A stretch of 63,418 nt of DNA, counting the filler, from Trichomonas gallinae (lineage: Eukaryota), in assembly GCA_008369845.1 (NCBI GenBank). It is 8 parts of 8 records of this genome, joined end to end, with 100 filler letters (N's around TTAATTAATTAA, not from the genome) between each part and the next. Parts side by side here need not be neighbours in the genome. Positions count along the whole stretch, not along the records: positions 37,797 to 54,724 come from MRSU01000236.1; positions 54,825 to 60,538 come from MRSU01000237.1; 6 more parts are not named here. One strand, given 5' to 3'. Each line of letters begins with the position of its first letter. The stretch's first letter is position 1. The position numbers and the translations under genes are program-made. Below the pieces are notes generated by a model. It worked only from the letters and a program-made list of their open reading frames with translations, was not told the DNA's origin and did no database searches. Of this stretch, positions 44,379-55,050 are shown one piece after another.

Positions 44379-45795
44379 TTATAAAAATAGAGAAACTTTT
44401 GCCCAAAAACGTGTTATTTAATATACACATAGAATTTACTGCATAAATTCGTCAAAATGATATTTTAAACGGCTACTTTTTATAAATATAAAAATCTTCA
44501 TTTGCTAAACAGTTTTAACGACGAAATAATCAAGAAAATCATTTACTAGCCAATAATTTCTCTATTAGCTGCGTAATGTCTATATTTCATTCTTTGATTA
44601 AATTGATCAATTTTTCTATTGCATAGATATGAGCTACAAAGATGATCATTGAGCGTTTATTCATCATATATACCAAGGAAACATTCGTATTATTTCGATT
44701 TAATTGTAGTACAATGAAGTATTAAAAAATAATATATTGCTTTAGTAAATAGAAGTAAAATAACTATACATATAGATTTGGCAACATAATTATATACAAA
44801 ATCTTGCTTTTATACCTTTAAAATATGTATTTTTGTTAGATCAAGATATAAAATAATTGCTTTTGTCGATACAAATGAATCAGATTGTGAAAACATAGCT
44901 TCTATACTATAACACGCATAGATACAACAACATTTGCGTCGAATCGGCAATTCAGATCTGATTTTGATAGTTATGGACTTCATTTGCATATGTGAATTCA
45001 TATGTGTTAGGATATATATATATGAATAAACAAAGAAAATTTCACTTTTAGCTATATTATTATTTTCCTTGAAAACGATAGTTCCGTTGCTAACGTTTTA
45101 TTATTTACTCGCAATTCAATAGTGAATAAGAGGATATTATTGGTCTTAAGTGAAATGAACTCAAATTGTCTGAATTTTGAGATCCATTTTCAGAAAGCAC
45201 TCTAAAAATATGTTAAATAATCAAATCTATTGTTTATGATTATCTTCATTTTAATTGGCACACAATTTTGAATTGAAAATAATCGTATTTTAAGGCATGT
45301 TATAATATAAATTTTATCAATTGACTATTTCTAACGGAAAATATTTTTTATTTTAAATTTAGTTCTTTATATGCAATATACATAAAACGATTGAATATAA
45401 GAATAAAAACAGCAAAAAGTAGAAATTTATTATAGCTAGCTATAATCCTAAATGAATTATATTGCATGATTAAATTGTTTTTGTTGGGTGTCATATCATT
45501 TCACAATTTTTAAGTAAAATAATAACATGTACGGATTCGGAAGAAATATTTTCAACTACACCAAAAATTGCAGCCAAATTTTAACAAACTATAGTATTGA
45601 TAAATTTATGAAAAGAAACTTTTGAAAGAAAAAGCACGTTTTTTGTGGATATGTATTTTGATAATTGTTCTTGTCACTAAAATTATAGTGAAATCATATG
45701 ATTATTTTTTCTAGATATGTCAGAATATAAAATTAATTGAATTAAAAGTGACATTGATTTTGCTTTCAAATTTCAACTTCTGAATCACTTTCCAT

Positions 45796-46824
45796 ATGAT
45801 GCAATTCTTGACTATTCTCTGTAATTGGGATCGATATTTCGACGATACTGATAATCCAACAGAATTTGTACAAACTAATCAAATAAATCCTAATGGTAAT
45901 CCAAACTATTGCTACCATGTATTATATTGTGACTTCATTCATTCAAACTCTGGTCCAGCTATAAATTACGAAGTTCAATTTTATACTGCAAGAATTATGA
46001 CCGAAGCATGCACTTTTGTAAATATTTCATCAGAACATAATGTTGGAGCTATCCGTCATAATGTGTTTGCAAATGTTGTAGCTGAACGCTTATGCATGAT
46101 GAAATGCAAAGCCAAACCTGATGGAGATTATCTTGCACAAACAATATTATTAAAACAAAATAATATGATAGCCAATGACAGAACGGCTTATTTTACATTT
46201 TCGACAATATTTGACTGTGGACAAATTGAACAACCAAGTATGATAAATTCCTTCGGGCAAAATATTAAGATTAGCAATATTAATGTGACAAAAAGTAAAG
46301 CAAATTATGCAGCAGCTTGTTATTTAGATACGTCTAAGGAAAACAGTTCTTTACGTTATTCTACATTCGAATATTTATTTCAAAACGGATCTTATGATAA
46401 CTATTTGATACATATATCAGGCAACTTAAAGATCAAGCGATGCAGATATATTAATTGTAGTCATGATGGTCAAAAATCTACAATTATTGAGTTAAGTTCA
46501 TCAGCTCGTATTCAATATACAACTGTATATGTTGATGAATGCAATTTTATTAATAATACATTTCAACTTACGGTATATGTTGGTAGAGATGGTAATTGCA
46601 ATTTCAATCACTGCTACTGCCAAGATTATAAAGAATCTACTATCTCCAATGCACGCATAACTTTTCAAAATGGGTTAAATGAGCCAACTAAACCTGCACT
46701 TCCAATGGGTGCTTTTGAAAGATGTATAAATGTTTCTCCATCCATAATGTATGTTACATGTGAAAGATATTTTAGCATGAAAAGTATAACGAAATACATT
46801 GGATATTTCAACTTTTTAGTTTGA
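45796..46824 (+). CDS. Cys/Asn-rich beta-helix-like (pectin-lyase/Pmp-like) putative surface protein
   Basis: Inr TCACT directly upstream; CxF/GAI/NF repeats; hydrophobic C-terminus; similar layout to 51049-52075. Confidence 0.65.
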   Translation: MMQFLTILCNWDRYFDDTDNPTEFVQTNQINPNGNPNYCYHVLYCDFIHSNSGPAINYEVQFYTARIMTEACTFVNISSEHNVGAIRHNVFANVVAERLCMMKCKAKPDGDYLAQTILLKQNNMIANDRTAYFTFSTIFDCGQIEQPSMINSFGQNIKISNINVTKSKANYAAACYLDTSKENSSLRYSTFEYLFQNGSYDNYLIHISGNLKIKRCRYINCSHDGQKSTIIELSSSARIQYTTVYVDECNFINNTFQLTVYVGRDGNCNFNHCYCQDYKESTISNARITFQNGLNEPTKPALPMGAFERCINVSPSIMYVTCERYFSMKSITKYIGYFNFLV

Positions 46825-47499
46825 TGTTTAATAAAACCATAATTAGTTTTGATTTTTATCAAGACTCCCTTTTTTTTGTGTGTGTATGTGTCTGTTGAGA
46901 TATATTTTGTTTGCATGAAACATCGATTTATCATACAAAGCTTCCTTGATAATATCACGAGCATTTTTTTTTAAATTGTTTTTGTCAAGGAATATTGTAA
47001 CTCTCTTCTCAACATTATATAACATTAGTAACAACAAAGCATTATTTAATCATTCATCAACTCATCGAATCCCCAGCACTTCAATTCATTTTGCAATAGT
47101 CTAATAAGTTCTACATGAACTTATATAAAATTGTTTATTAAAATGAATACAACATTATGCATTATATTAAAAAATAATGCTTTTTGAAGGTTGGTTTTTA
47201 AAATATTTAATTTGTTATGTATTTAACACATAAAACGTAATATATATCAATAATTAAAATTTTCAGATTATAAAGAATATTTTGGGATGAAAATAACATG
47301 ATGAATTCCATATACTTAGCAAATTAAAGCTTATATCTCATTATAAACTGATAAATCAATATTTTAATTTTTATTTCATGTAATATATGTGTAGTTAAAA
47401 AAGCAATAATATATGAGATCTTAATCGATAATTTTTAAATTTTACAAACATTTGTAAGGATTTCATATCGAAATTTATAATATGCTGATTCATATAAGA

Positions 47500-48900
47500 T
47501 AAAAATTACTGAGTTGATTCATATAGGAGCAATGTTTGAGAGATTATACGATAGAGCAGTGCCAAAATCTGATGCAAATTTTCAAGCAGGTTTACTTGGT
47601 TAGCTTTGTTTGTAGTAGGAGAGAACCAGAAATGATATAATTCAGGTACAAAATTTTCAAGCTTCCTGCAACTTTGAAGATTTCACTTCAATAAGAATTA
47701 GCACACATATGATATTAATATTTCAAACAATTTCGCTAATGTTTCCAAGGGATGATGCAACTCTTTTCCAAGCATCTTCACTAAATTTGTAATTGTAAAA
47801 TGTTTTATAATCATAATATATTCATTATATAATCATACATCAGTCCATTGATTCCGAGGCCAATTAACTCATGATTTGCTTGATTCAAAACCTCATCGGA
47901 ATTCTTTAGCTTTGTTTGTGATAAGAATTTGATTAATCTAATTATGAACATCTTAAATATCTTTAGAGTAGGAATTATATCATGGGTAGATTTCTGTGCT
48001 ACATTTTTTGTCGAATTACCTTAAATTTTACATTGAGAAGATCTATTTCATATCAATATTTCATGATTTAACTTCCAAACAAATTATTCATCCTTGTTAC
48101 ATAATTTGCGATAAAATTACATTCTTGTTGAATGAGTATAATACGAAATGTCGTTGAAATAAATATGCGATTTCATGCATTCATTTTATAATTTGTGATA
48201 ATCTTGCATGACTGATGTATTTTCATTTAATGATTTTTTTGGCATTGTGATGTATTCAGTATACACAACAATATATTATTAACCTATAAAAATAATCTGT
48301 CTTTATTCTTAATAACTCAGTCTTTGACATATTCATTTTTGCATGACGGAGCATAAGCAGGGCAGCATGCTGCACCAAGACAGAATAATTTTTAGATAAC
48401 ACTTTTGATAAATATGCAAAAAGAAGGACCAAAAAGCATTGATGTGAATAAAATGTATGTATAAAATATGAAGAAGGATGAGACTTTGTCATAGTAGTAC
48501 TCCAGTGTGATGTGTGTCATTAAAAAATAAAGATCTTTTCTGTTAAAAAAATTCATTAGCTAATTCCCTGTCGTTTTCTGGGGAGCCTGCAAAAGTGATA
48601 AACCTTTGGAAGTATCCGCCTCTGTAGTCCTTTTCTGTTAATTGTTCATACAGCTCAATTCCTTCTTTTTGATATTTTTCTAGATTTGCGAGTTCGATGC
48701 AGCAATAGACGAATGATATTGCTGTTAATGCAATATCAACAGCACAATATTCATCATTATCTTTCAATTGCTGCCAAGTTTCTTTTTTGGGATGTTTTTT
48801 CTTATATTTTTTTTTTCGAGTTTGTATACATTTCCTTTCTTAACAGCTTGATCTGCTTCCCAGCTAAATTCTTTTGCTACGTAAACTGTATTCGCTAGGC
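47500..48900 (-). pseudogene. Decayed coding region; one segment weakly resembles Sel1/TPR-like helical repeats
   Basis: Short broken ORFs (e.g. GIELYEQLTEKDYRGGYF...DRELANEFF) in several frames over about 1.4 kb. Confidence 0.35.
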
Positions 48901-49870
48901 CTCTAAATGTTTTATTTATCTAATGTAGCTACGATATCAGTCTGGCAATCGTAGATATGCTTCAAATTGATCATGAGCAATAAATTTTGATAAGCTTTTT
49001 TCGAAATGTTCTATATTAAAAAAAAGGTCTGTTAGCTGTGAATCTTCTATGTTCATCCAATATCATCAAGACTCAGTAATCACAACCATGATAGACAGTG
49101 GATATATACAAAATTCAAAAATGAATGAGCATCTTTTTTTATTCAAAAATGATGATTTTATTAATTTTTTTTTTGGATTCGTTAAAGCATCATGTTGATA
49201 TAATGATACAATTTTGATGCTTGGAACATATCGATGGTTATTTTTGCCTGTAAGATCGCGAAAATGAAATTTCCAGAATATCTTCCGAAATTGCATTTAT
49301 TTTTTGTTAAATCAATAACAATTGATCTTGTGAATTAATTACATTCGATTTATCATATTTGACATTGATTTTTCGTCGAAATCAATGTTGCTAAAGAATT
49401 GATCACCACAACCTTTAAAAATCTATCCTATCGATCATATATATTGCATCTAAAGACCCGTGACAAAATTGCAGTCACTATAAAAAATATACGATTATTT
49501 TCAATTCAAAATCTAATATTTAAGAAATGAAAATAATTATTTATTGTATAATTAAACTTTTGCTACAATTTGATACGCTTGTAAACCCGTAAAAATATTT
49601 CAAAATTTGAAAAGATAAATTGTTAATTGAATGAACAAAAATCGATTGGTAAATTATGCAATATTGACTATACAGATCAAAACTATCTCATCGATTTTTT
49701 TGAACTAAAAAGTTTGGTCGATTTATCACAAACTATGATTTTTATTGTATAAAACTATCCATTGACATGTATATATCATATTTTATTCCGATAAATCGAA
49801 TGGTTCCATTGTTCTATTTTGAGAAGGCTCTATTGAAAATATTCGACAAAAGGAATCAGTTCATTTTTCG

Positions 49871-50944
49871 ATGGATAGACTCTTCTCTCCTGTTAAAGTT
49901 GGCAGATTCACGATCAAGAACAGATTCATGAGATCACCATGCTTCATGAACGGCTGCGACGAAAAAGGTTTACCGAAGGAATCACTCCTGAAATACTACA
50001 GAGATATGGCCGACGGTGAGATGGGCTTGATTATCCCAGAATACTTATATCTCACACGCAACAGCAAGGCTGAGCATGGCCAGGGTGGCATGGAAAACGA
50101 GCAGCAAGCCGAAGCATGGAGAAGCACTGTAGATTACATGCACAAGAAAGGAGCAAAGACTCTCTTCCAGATAGCAGACGCAGGCATCACAACAACGAAG
50201 GAGGTCACTGGAGAACTCCCAAGAGGACCATCTCAAATCAGAGAAGGAACACGCGCATTGACTCTGATGGAGATTTCTGAGATTATTGATAACTACAGGA
50301 AGTGCGCAAAGCGCATTCAAAACATCGGCGTCGATGGAATTGAGTTACACTGCGCTCACGGATATCTATTGTCAGAATTTTTGTCTCCATACTCCAATAA
50401 GAGAGAAGATCAGTATGGTGGAAGCCCAGAGAACAGGAGAAGGATCGTCGTTGAAATTGTCGATGCTATCAGGAAAGAATGCGGCAAGGACTTCGTCATT
50501 GGTGCCAAGATCAACGGTGATGATTGCCTCACAGGAAACATAGGTGTCCAGCCTGAAGACTTAGCACAAACTATCGCAGCAATCCCAGACATGGACTTGT
50601 GGGAAGTTTCATGCGGCTTCGCAGAGTCTTCTACAATCATCAGATCCAGACACAAAACAATGAAGAGGAAGGACTTCCCACTCACAGAAGGATACAACAT
50701 CCACATGATTCCACAACTCAGGAAGCAGACAAAGGCAGCAATTGGTGTTGTTGGTGGCATCAGGAAGCCAGAGACAATGATCAAAGCACTGGATGCTGGC
50801 GCTGATTTGGTTGCCCTCGGTCGCCCAACAATCGCAGATACACATGTCGTCCAGCACATCAAGGAAGGCAAGAAGATGAAATGCATCTCATGCGGTCAGT
50901 GTATCATTAAAGGACATGAACCACCTGTTCGTTGCTGGATCTAA
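49871..50944 (+). CDS. Old yellow enzyme family NADH:flavin (FMN) oxidoreductase
   Basis: LFSPVKVG...KNRFMRSP, DGIELHCAHGYLLSEFLSP..NKREDQYGGS.ENR, VGGIR, GADLVALGRP; C-terminal CxxCxxCx10C. Inr TCATT upstream. Confidence 0.95.
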   Translation: MDRLFSPVKVGRFTIKNRFMRSPCFMNGCDEKGLPKESLLKYYRDMADGEMGLIIPEYLYLTRNSKAEHGQGGMENEQQAEAWRSTVDYMHKKGAKTLFQIADAGITTTKEVTGELPRGPSQIREGTRALTLMEISEIIDNYRKCAKRIQNIGVDGIELHCAHGYLLSEFLSPYSNKREDQYGGSPENRRRIVVEIVDAIRKECGKDFVIGAKINGDDCLTGNIGVQPEDLAQTIAAIPDMDLWEVSCGFAESSTIIRSRHKTMKRKDFPLTEGYNIHMIPQLRKQTKAAIGVVGGIRKPETMIKALDAGADLVALGRPTIADTHVVQHIKEGKKMKCISCGQCIIKGHEPPVRCWI

Positions 50945-51048
50945 TCTATATATTGAAATTTTTGGCATTTTAATAAACTATAAAGTTGAAAAATCCAATA
51001 TATTTCTCACGTAGAATATATCACATATGATGAAGGAATGAAACATTT

Positions 51049-52075
51049 TTATTCAGCCAATAATATTATGAAAATGAAGCTATATGATAGAAGTGCGTTT
51101 TCAAAATATATTTTGATCACACTTTCATAGCATATTTTGTTTATGATTTTGCCTAATTTATCTTCTGCAACACATAAAAATGTTGATATATGTTTCAACT
51201 CATATAATGTTTTGATTTGAATATTTTCACCAATATTAACATTTCCAAAGGTAGATAGAGGAGTATTAAGATAGTTATCATAAGCATTCATAAATTTATT
51301 CCCATCATCATTTGAAAATGGCCTATTGTATTGTAAATTATCGCTAAAACAATTCTTAGTAACATTAGGTTCAGCATCAAAGTTTGTAGAAACAATTCCA
51401 AGCCAATCCTTTGTTATTTGATTTTGTACATAATTGTTATTTTTAAGAAGGAAAATACCTGATTTAACCACAGCTGAGATTGTGTTAACACCAGTATTTC
51501 CTGCCAATGTATTGAATGAAATATTTGCTTGAATCGTTGGTGAGGCCAACTCGAATCCTGGAGCATTAGTTGATGAACATTTTGAAAAATTAGAATATTT
51601 CATGTTATATATACCATTAACCAACTTTACGACAAAATCTGACGTAATTTGGCCACTTTTCAATATCGTGCTTTCATAGAAATGATTTTTATTTGAAGTA
51701 TCGTTTGAGACGTCTGTATACGCAAATTGGCCTGTATCTGGTGTATAGCAGTCAAAAGCGCACACTCTATGCTGTATAATGTGTGAATTGCATGTGAATA
51801 AAACAGCGCCACCGTTTCCTTCACTTTTTTGACAGCCATCAAAAATACATGAGCTATGAAGTAATTTAATATTATCCTTAGTAACTGTTATTGATCCTTG
51901 TGTTAATTTTATAAAAGAACATAAATATATAAAAGATTCAGTATAATTTGGAATCAATGAATTATTGAAATGAATGTATTCTGATGGTACAGAATCATCA
52001 TAAAACAGTCTCCAAACATCATCAGGCACATAATCAAAGTGTATTTTCACTCTAGAAAAAGTTATACTAAAGCAT
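51049..52075 (-). CDS. Beta-helix-like putative surface protein, paralogous in layout to 45796-46824; start uncertain
   Basis: GGAVLF, CIFDGC and N-rich repeats; hydrophobic C-terminus. The Inr-proximal ATG 52075 is 1 nt out of frame. Confidence 0.65.
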
Positions 52076-52420
52076 TTATCAAAATGACACTTTTCGGCAA
52101 CAAGGTTCATGCATCGCATACATATAATAGCATTATAGTAACACATGTCACGAACCCTATAAAACTTCAAGTTCTTTAATAAAGTTATAGATATCTTCAA
52201 ATTTCAAATTAGTGATTTTATTTGTTTAGCTACAGACAACAAGCTATGCACATCTTTGTCATATCAAAAATAAAGGATTAGTTGAGCTTATTGCAATTTT
52301 TTTAAAAAATATTTTTTAATAAAAACAAATATACCGATTTATTGAACAACAAATTAGTAAGTAATAAGAACATAGACCCATTTAAATACATCAATACGCA
52401 AAAAATTAAAATTCAAGAAA

Positions 52421-52837
52421 TTAATTACGAGCATACATCATTCCATATTGTTGGTTATAGCCCCAATTTGGCTGCTGTCCATAAGGCATATATTGACTAG
52501 GAAGAGGCTTTTGATAGTACTGAGTTTGCGCTGGATTATATGGTAAACTCGGGCAACCACAATTAGGAAGGTTCATTGGTGGAGGTGTAAGCAATGCTGG
52601 GTTGATAGGCTTAGAATAGCTCTTTGAATTATTAAATTTTTGCTGATATTGTTGTTGCTGTTGTTGTGGATAGTTCATTCTTTGCATCTTTTGCTCGACT
52701 CTATTCTTCCAGCACAAAAACATTTGATATTCTCTTGCATCAACATCATACATTGTCTGATTGTTAGCATTGAAACTGCTTGCACTCATGCTAGATATAT
52801 TTTGCTGATTCGTGAACGCATTTGGACAAGTCGACAT
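52421..52837 (-). CDS. Small Q/N/P/Y-rich low-complexity protein
   Basis: 138 aa with poly-Q (CAA/CAG) and YGQQPNWGYNQQY tail; Inr-like TCAGC before the ATG. Confidence 0.7.
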   Translation of the reverse strand: MSTCPNAFTNQQNISSMSASSFNANNQTMYDVDAREYQMFLCWKNRVEQKMQRMNYPQQQQQQYQQKFNNSKSYSKPINPALLTPPPMNLPNCGCPSLPYNPAQTQYYQKPLPSQYMPYGQQPNWGYNQQYGMMYARN

Positions 52838-53968
52838 GCTGAGAAAATAATTATTGTAAACAATTTTTCCCTAAAAAAATTTCAATTAAAGTTTTCCCAT
52901 TTTCCCAAATTTCCCAAACATTTATATTACTTATATCATTATAATTCATACTTTTGGGGTTAATATGGTTCAATTATTTTAAAATAGCGATTTACATTTC
53001 TTTATGAATTTCTTTTTTGATAAAGATTCAAATTTTAAATTTTTAATCATTGCCAAAAGAGCAGACGTATGTTCTCGATATTTTTGAATTAAATTCAAAC
53101 TTGAAATCATTGAAATTTAGTTTTTGACATGTAAAATTGTTTATTGTCTCTAATACCAATTCGCTCTAAATTTTGAATAAGTCAATATAGAACTCGGTAC
53201 TATACGCCATATATAGATGCTATTATATTATTTGCTGAACTCAATTTCACATTGATTTTGCATGAGCTATCTTTTGAATTTGTTCATATTAAAGCAATGA
53301 CTATATTAACGTCGACTGAAGTGTATTGTTCTTTTATGTATGAATGTTGTTTTAGATTCAAATTTAATTCGTATATTCAATCTCGAAAAAGTTCATATTA
53401 AAACAATTAATAAACTAAAGTCGAACACAGTGTTTTGTAGTGTTACTTTAATTAATGTTGTTATTCACACAAATTTAATTTGTTTTTAATCTTGGATAGG
53501 TTAATATTATAAGTACTAGAGTTGAATGAAGCGATGTGATATTGCTTCTTTCTTATAAAAACAATTTGCACATAAAAATAGAGATTCAAAAACAGAATTA
53601 ATATTTAAGAATAAGTAATATGCATGGTAAAATATCACTTTATTATAGCCTCAGTAAGCCATTTTCATCTATTCAATTTTGATGAAAAAAGTTTTTGTAG
53701 TCAAACAATTGTTTGGGCTTTAAATGATTAGTGATATAGTATTTCAGTTGAATTGATTTTGCAATGTTGTCTTTAAAAAGAGGATTTTTTCGATAAATAA
53801 TTTTCATGATGAAATGACCTTAAATGGCGTGAAATATAATGGATTAATTGAAGTAAGTTTTGATCTTTGTCAGAATTTGATTATTTTGTATCAAATATCA
53901 AATCTGTAATTTAAACATAATAATTAATGATCTCATAACGATTGCATTGGTATATTTGTAATGTCGAT

Positions 53969-54361
53969 CTATTTGAACGCACTGTTAATGCGCCAAACTT
54001 GATAAGCATCAGATTTCGGATTTTGGAGCTGTAAAGGAGAATTTGTAGGAGTACTTTTAGGGATTCCAATACATAGTCCATTTTTTGTTCGAATAGATCC
54101 ATCTTGATGAAAATAAAATTTTTGTTTTTCAGAATCTTGAATATTGGCTAATATTAATTCGGATCCGGGGCTAAGATCTCCATTAACTTCTATTGCGAGA
54201 TTTGAAGATACATTGATAATGAAATTATCTTTCAAAACAAATTGTTCCTCAACTTTATTATTTGTAAAATTGTAAACTAACTTCACTCCCTCATCCATAA
54301 CATTATCTTTCGTTTGAATGGTGAGTTTTATGTTTCCTAGGCAGTGAATAGTGCAAATCAT
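53969..54361 (-). CDS. Stand-alone ricin-B (beta-trefoil) lectin-like protein
   Basis: Three subdomains ending EQF, QKF and QVW; DGSIRTKNGLCI. The first ATG is 54361 (the track start is TTG). Confidence 0.75.
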   Translation of the reverse strand: MICTIHCLGNIKLTIQTKDNVMDEGVKLVYNFTNNKVEEQFVLKDNFIINVSSNLAIEVNGDLSPGSELILANIQDSEKQKFYFHQDGSIRTKNGLCIGIPKSTPTNSPLQLQNPKSDAYQVWRINSAFK

Positions 54362-54724
54362 TGATTTGCTCAATATGAAATTTACGTGACAAATAAAATA
54401 AAAATCAATTTTGATTTGATTAATATTTGCAAGATATTTTAATTTAATTTTATAGTATATGTATTTGTAGAATATGGGGAATATGTGATAAATGTTTAAC
54501 AAATTTTTGTTGGATAGATATATCAGTTTAAAGGATTTTTTGAAAATTAATTTTTGGCGTGTAAAATAATAAATGTCAAAAAAACCTTATTATAACAATA
54601 ATTAAGGGGGTACCTTTGAATAGTTTACAAATTTTACAAAAAAAGCGTTTATTGGGCGATTGAGCCCTCACCTTTCCCAATGCTATGTGGATATAGATAG
54701 GCTATGGTATAAACTATTGTTATA

Positions 54725-54824
54725 NNNNNNNNNNNNNNNNNNNNNNNNNNNNNNNNNNNNNNNNNNNNTTAATTAATTAANNNNNNNNNNNNNNNNNNNN
54801 NNNNNNNNNNNNNNNNNNNNNNNN
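54725..54824. other. Artificial contig-joining spacer
   Basis: 44 N + TTAATTAATTAA + 44 N. Confidence 0.98.
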
Positions 54825-54889
54825 CTGGTCTAATGGTAGAATTTCACCTTGCCAAGGTGGGGGTCCGGGTTCGATTCCCGGGCGGTGCA
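54825..54889 (+). tRNA. tRNA-Gly(GCC), missing about 6 nt at the 5' end
   Basis: Anticodon arm TCACC-TTGCCAA-GGTGG, T arm CCGGG-TTCGATT-CCCGG, 3' acceptor strand GCGGTGC-A, followed by an oligo-T terminator. Confidence 0.95.
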
Positions 54890-55050
54890 AACTTTTTCTT
54901 TTTTAAATTCAATTGTATCCTCGTATAAAAAATAGAGTTTCTAGGAGTTTTGGATGTCTTATAGGTTCCAACTATCTATAATATAGGCAATTTTAAATAT
55001 ATATATTTAAAAATCAAACATAATAACATAATTTATTCAATTACAACATA

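Noticed and set aside
47500..48900. Possible stop-codon reassignment explaining the broken ORFs
   Set aside because: TAA, TAG and TGA all terminate intact genes in this window, and the broken regions also contain frameshifts
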